NCBI GenBank assembly: GCA_965267575.1
Contig: OZ254086.1
Span: 3,104,001 to 3,168,000, forward strand
Origin: Calditrichales bacterium
GTDB lineage: Bacteria; Calditrichota; Calditrichia; Calditrichales; J004
DNA: 64,000 bases
Direction: 5' to 3'
Shown: one piece after another, positions 59,849 to 64,000 of the stretch
Numbering within the stretch: position 1 is the stretch's first letter
How the letters are laid out: each line of letters begins with the position of its first letter
Position numbers and translations under genes: made by a program
Notes under the pieces: model-generated
What the model was told of the DNA's origin: nothing
Seen by the model: the letters and a program-made list of their open reading frames with translations, nothing else
The model's database searches: none

Positions 59849-59877
59849 ATCCGCTCCATTGGTTTAGCTTTGCCGAT

Positions 59878-60555
59878 TCAGGGTATTCTCTCCTGATCAT
59901 ACAGTTCCGCTGTAGTTTTGGAAACCGCCACGAGAAGGATCGCCAGCAGGGCAATCGCCACCGGCAGGCCCACAACATCCAGCATTAAAAAAGTTACATT
60001 GTTTAGATGAATGATGGGGGAGAAAAATACAAGAATATTTCCAAGGACCAGGATTATTCTCAGCTCCGTAGGTCCAAAGCCGCCAAAGGAGATTTTGAAA
60101 ACACCGGAAACATGTGTTGCCAGATAAACGTGTGCCGACAACACCAGAAAAATAACCAAAAGAGCAATGGCCAGTTCGAAAGTGATCAACCCTGAAAAAG
60201 CCACGCCAAGCATGTAAAAAACAATACCGAAAACGTCGCAAATATGATCGACATAATAACCGTAGCGGGGGCGCTGGTGCTTTCGCACGCGCGCAATTGT
60301 ACCGTCCAGGCTGTCGCCAAACCAGTTAACAACCAGCGCAACGTTAACCGCGTGCAGCCAGCTAAGATCAAATTTGGCCATATAAAAAAAGAAACCGGCC
60401 ATAAACATACCAAACAGGCCTAAAATCGTCAGGTGATCGGAATTTATAAAGCGGGGCATGCGCTCGGCAAGCCAGATCAAAGTTGCCTTTTCAGCGCGGG
60501 AAAGAATTCCCGAAATGTCACGTTCTGCATCTTTAAAATTAAAGTCTTTTGCCAT
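59878..60555 (-). CDS. CDP-alcohol phosphatidyltransferase family
   Basis: DSLDGTIAR...GYYVDHICD signature; start at ATG 60555 after GGGAGAG. Confidence 0.88.
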   Translation of the reverse strand: MAKDFNFKDAERDISGILSRAEKATLIWLAERMPRFINSDHLTILGLFGMFMAGFFFYMAKFDLSWLHAVNVALVVNWFGDSLDGTIARVRKHQRPRYGYYVDHICDVFGIVFYMLGVAFSGLITFELAIALLVIFLVLSAHVYLATHVSGVFKISFGGFGPTELRIILVLGNILVFFSPIIHLNNVTFLMLDVVGLPVAIALLAILLVAVSKTTAELYDQERIP

Positions 60556-60667
60556 GTGCTCTCCCGTATTAATACAAGTAAACAAGAACCTTCCAATAAT
60601 CTAAACAATTCCACACAATGTTAAAACAAAAGCGAAATCCGGAAGCTGTCAAATACGATGTTTAACG

Positions 60668-61078
60668 CTAGCGCAGTTCCCTGCGCAACATAAATTTCAG
60701 ACCGGACCATGTCTCGTCAATAGCGCAAACCTTTATATCCACCAACCCCGTAGGAAGAGTAAGCGAACGGATACTGTTTCCGTTTGCCGCGTGCGGCTTC
60801 TTCGCCTGCGTTTTATCCCAGCTCACCCAAATCATTCCGTCCGGCTTAATGTGTTGTACCAATTCATTTACAAATTCTTCATACTCACCCGGCTGCAGGA
60901 TAAAAAAATGCAAAAAATCAACCGGATCCGGATGGTTGATATCGCGGATAATGACTGCCTCCGGCAGGGGGCCAAGCAACTGTAAATAGTTATGCGGCGC
61001 ATTGACCAGCTTAATCGTAAAACCGGGCTTTATGCCCAGCTTCTTAAGTAACGGCGTTCCGGAATAGCCTGCATTCAT
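60668..61078 (-). CDS. DUF3052-like protein
   Basis: AGYSGTPL.KKLGIK, IWVSW, GLVDIKVCAIDETWSGLKF. Confidence 0.8.
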   Translation of the reverse strand: MNAGYSGTPLLKKLGIKPGFTIKLVNAPHNYLQLLGPLPEAVIIRDINHPDPVDFLHFFILQPGEYEEFVNELVQHIKPDGMIWVSWDKTQAKKPHAANGNSIRSLTLPTGLVDIKVCAIDETWSGLKFMLRRELR

Positions 61079-61187
61079 AGACTTCTCCTTGTTTTGGTGG
61101 CGGTTTTAAGGCCAGCGTTGGCAACAATCTTAAAAAAGATTTTGGATGTTCGAGTATGTACAGAAAACAGAGTTAAATGGTTGGACT

Positions 61188-61550
61188 ATGCAAAATATAA
61201 TAAAAGTCAGTGTGGCGATTGCATTGATAGCCCTGCTCAGTTGCGGGCAGGATCCGGCGGAAGAGACCACCGGTACGATTGAAGGCGTTGTCTATGGGTT
61301 TGAAAACGGAAACCTGATCGGCAAGGCGCATATTTTTACCGATCCGCCGTCCAGCGCCGTTACCAGTGATACGCTTCTGGGAGCTTACAAAATTCTACAT
61401 GTAGAGCCCGGCATTTACCGCGTACGTGCACAGAAAACAGGATTTGATACAACCAGCGTGCGCATTTCAGTAATGGCCGGGGAAAAGACGAACGCCGATC
61501 TGGCTATGCGCCGTGATAGCAGCGTCGTCGACAGCCTCAGCGGGCTTTAG
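61188..61550 (+). CDS. Lipoprotein with carboxypeptidase-regulatory-like beta-sandwich
   Basis: Lipobox LLSC; GTIEGVV, GAY.I..V.PG.Y.V.A.K.GF. Confidence 0.7.
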   Translation: MQNIIKVSVAIALIALLSCGQDPAEETTGTIEGVVYGFENGNLIGKAHIFTDPPSSAVTSDTLLGAYKILHVEPGIYRVRAQKTGFDTTSVRISVMAGEKTNADLAMRRDSSVVDSLSGL

Positions 61551-61640
61551 CCATTCTCCCGACGCCGCTTTTTTTAGGTCCTCTACGCCTCCAGGTACAC
61601 CCGGTTTATTAACTTTACCGGAACGGGGTGTACGCATACA

Positions 61641-62213
61641 TTATTTGTAATATGGATTCACGCCTGAATCATGGTCGGTTATGTCTATGATCTCTTCTAT
61701 CTCCGGAACAGCACGCTTGATGGAGCTTACCACACCGCGGCGCAGTGTAACCTGAGACATCCCGCAGCCCTGGCAACCGCCGCCCATTTCGATGTACACG
61801 TTGTTTTCCTTTACATCAATCAGATTGATATAGCCGCCGTGTCCGGCAATTGACGGATTAATCTCCTGTTCGATAACCTGCAATACCTTTTCGGCCATGG
61901 TACCCCGGTATTCCTTGGGAATATTCGGTTGCGTTTTAAAGCGAAAGCCGGAGCCCATAAGGCTGTTTTCATAATCGATGGTAGCGCCTTCCAGGAAGCG
62001 GGCGTCGTTTTCATTTATGTAGACATCAAAACGGTTGAATTTAACCACATCATCCCCGGGAAGTTTACCATCGGGCGGCATAAATTGGATGCCGTATTCC
62101 ACCTGGAAGGGTGACTTGGCGTCAGCCGTAATGCGAATTCCCAGCACCGGCTCTTCGCATTCGTTGATGGCGTCGATGACCTTTTTTTGGGCAAGCTCAG
62201 ACATTTTAATCAT
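61641..62213 (-). CDS. nfuA: Fe/S biogenesis protein NfuA
   Basis: Degenerate A-type carrier N-domain plus NifU-C domain (INP.IAGHGG, GGGCQGC). Confidence 0.88.
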   Translation of the reverse strand: MIKMSELAQKKVIDAINECEEPVLGIRITADAKSPFQVEYGIQFMPPDGKLPGDDVVKFNRFDVYINENDARFLEGATIDYENSLMGSGFRFKTQPNIPKEYRGTMAEKVLQVIEQEINPSIAGHGGYINLIDVKENNVYIEMGGGCQGCGMSQVTLRRGVVSSIKRAVPEIEEIIDITDHDSGVNPYYK

Positions 62214-62381
62214 TGTATAGGCTCTCTTTTTGGTAAAACTTCTGTGTGCGACTTATGAAACGCTCCAACGGTTAAAATAATCCGTTGCAAACTGTTAAAA
62301 AACATAAAAAATATATGGAAAAAAGGGGAAAGTTTTTTTATACTTAATTTAAGTGAATAAATTCACAAATAAAGGATTGAC

Positions 62382-63524
62382 ATGACACAAAAATCAGCAT
62401 CTGCAGACTACCTGCTCATGGAAACGGAACGGCTTCAGCAGCTGATAAACGTTTTGATTGAAGACGGTTATAGTGTGATTGCCCCGACGCCCGGTGAAAA
62501 CGCGATCATTTATGATGAAATCTCTTCCGTGGAGCAGTTGCCCCTGGGTATAGGGGATGAACAGGATGGCGCCACCTACCGCCTGGTTCGCCGTGATGAC
62601 AATGCGTTCTTTGGCTACAACTGCGCCGCCTATTCCTGGAAGAAGTTTTTGCATAAGCCCAAGTTAAAGCTTTATACCATAAGCAAAAACGGAAAAGGCC
62701 TGTCCGTAAAAGAAGAGAAGCCCGATAAAAAGCGTCTGGCGTTTCTCGGCGTGCGCGCCTGTGAAGCCAAGGCAATCGATTTACAGGACCGCATATTTAT
62801 GGATGGGGAGTTTAAGGACCAGGCTTACAGCGACGTCCGGAAAAACTGCCTTATTATTGCGGTAAACTGTACCAGGGCCGGCGGCACCTGTTTTTGTACC
62901 TCCATGGGAACGGGGCCTGCCCACAAAGACGGTTTTGACCTTGCATTGACCGAAGTGATTGACAAGCGGCAGCACTTTTTTGTTGTTGAAAGCGGTTCCG
63001 CCAAAGGCAAAAAGATTTGCCAAAAACTGGGCCTGGCCGCAGCCTCGGAATCTCAAATCTCGCTTGCACAGCACATGGTGGATGCCGCCGCCGATCATAT
63101 GGGCAGAAAACTGGATGTAAACGGTCTGAAGGAGATTTTACAAAGCAACGCTGAAAACCCCGCCTGGAACGATGTGGCTGAACGCTGCCTGAACTGCGCC
63201 AACTGCACCATGGTTTGTCCCACGTGTTTTTGCACCACCGTTGAAGATGTGACATCGCTGGACGGCAACCATGCTGAGCGCTGGCGGCGCTGGGATTCCT
63301 GCTTCACGATGGATTTTTCCTACATCCATGGCGGCAGTATCCGCTACACGTCCAAAAGTCGTTATCGCCAGTGGATTTCGCACAAACTTGCCGGATGGGT
63401 GGACCAGTTTGGAGAGACCGGTTGTACGGGATGCGGACGTTGTATTACCTGGTGCCCCGCGGCGATCGATATAACCGAAGAGGCTCGTGTTATTCGTGAA
63501 AAAGATATCCGTAACAAAGCATAG
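62382..63524 (+). CDS. 4Fe-4S dicluster subunit of group 3b [NiFe] sulfhydrogenase (beta/AsrA-like)
   Basis: SWKKFL, GVRAC, CFCTSMG, CLNCANCTMVCPTCFC, WDSC, CTGCGRCITWCP. Confidence 0.85.
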   Translation: MTQKSASADYLLMETERLQQLINVLIEDGYSVIAPTPGENAIIYDEISSVEQLPLGIGDEQDGATYRLVRRDDNAFFGYNCAAYSWKKFLHKPKLKLYTISKNGKGLSVKEEKPDKKRLAFLGVRACEAKAIDLQDRIFMDGEFKDQAYSDVRKNCLIIAVNCTRAGGTCFCTSMGTGPAHKDGFDLALTEVIDKRQHFFVVESGSAKGKKICQKLGLAAASESQISLAQHMVDAAADHMGRKLDVNGLKEILQSNAENPAWNDVAERCLNCANCTMVCPTCFCTTVEDVTSLDGNHAERWRRWDSCFTMDFSYIHGGSIRYTSKSRYRQWISHKLAGWVDQFGETGCTGCGRCITWCPAAIDITEEARVIREKDIRNKA

Positions 63525-63532
63525 GGGGCGTT

Positions 63533-63991
63533 ATGAAGGACTTAACTGAAATTTTAAAATCACACCCGTTTATCCAGGGCTTTAAGGAAGAACATGTGGA
63601 GTTGATGGTAGGTTGTGCCAGCAACGTGGTGTTTAAGGCAGGTGAATACCTGGGCCGCGAAGGGCAGGAAGCCAACCAGTTTTTTATCATCCGCGAGGGT
63701 AAGGTAGCGCTGGATATTAATGCCGCGCAAAAAGGCAAAATTACGATCCAGACAATAGAGAGCGGCGAGCTTATCGGCTGGTCCTGGATGGTGTTGCCGT
63801 TCCGCTGGCATTTCGATCTGCGCGCTGTTGCCGACGTGCGGGCCATCGCCCTGGACGGTGCCTGCCTGCGCAAAAAATGTGAAAACGATTATGAGCTGGG
63901 CTACACGCTGAGCCAGAAAGTCATGTACATCATGGATCAACGGCTTAAAGCATCGCGCATTCAGCTTTTGGATATGTACAGTAAAGAATAA
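63533..63991 (+). CDS. Stand-alone cyclic-nucleotide-binding domain protein
   Basis: HPF..G, F.AGEY..REG, G.VAL, GELIGWSW; no HTH. Confidence 0.85.
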   Translation: MKDLTEILKSHPFIQGFKEEHVELMVGCASNVVFKAGEYLGREGQEANQFFIIREGKVALDINAAQKGKITIQTIESGELIGWSWMVLPFRWHFDLRAVADVRAIALDGACLRKKCENDYELGYTLSQKVMYIMDQRLKASRIQLLDMYSKE

Positions 63992-64000
63992 GGATGGAGG

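Noticed and set aside
61595..61633. Imperfect hairpin GTACACCC...GGGTGTAC as an ncRNA
   Set aside because: It lies between convergent genes and is most simply a terminator-type element.
1..64000. CRISPR array, tRNA/rRNA, IS, integron, prophage or diversity-generating retroelement
   Set aside because: I saw no periodic repeats, cloverleafs, recombinase, transposase or reverse transcriptase by eye, and intergenic gaps are short. Dispersed or degenerate repeats could have been missed without a self-alignment.

Overview
This is a gene-dense bacterial window of about 57 CDS. I saw no rRNA, tRNA, CRISPR array, integrase or transposase. Several secreted proteins end in a 'YPNPFN...K-x-x-LLR' sorting tail, which suggests a Calditrichota/KSB1/Ignavibacteria-like organism (inference, not tested). 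In order, the window holds: a compositionally mosaic lipoprotein plus HEXXH-protease locus (the protease runs off the left edge and is absent from the ORF track); GH39 and M1 peptidase; a cholesterol-oxidase-like GMC enzyme; arginine deiminase; M3 peptidase; a PAS hybrid kinase; a TetR-HlyD-ABC efflux operon; VapBC; amidase; CotH; an iodotyrosine-deiodinase-like flavoprotein; crtI plus a carotenoid cleavage dioxygenase; PabB/C; PGRP amidase plus GH20; cysteate synthase; a signalling cassette headed by an ethylene-receptor-type kinase; a tightly coupled mnmH-selD-ankyrin-ATP-grasp-GT4-TPMT-ypdA operon; redox genes; and the start of a group 3b hydrogenase-type operon. Three candidates stand out for an undescribed system. 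(1) An ETR1-like kinase with all seven ethylene-binding residues, followed by a phosphorelay and, across a terminator/antiterminator-like leader, cysteate synthase. (2) A selD operon carrying a glycosyltransferase, ligase, methyltransferase and thiol reductase. (3) The mosaic protease locus. All functional calls come from motif recognition by eye; no database search was run.
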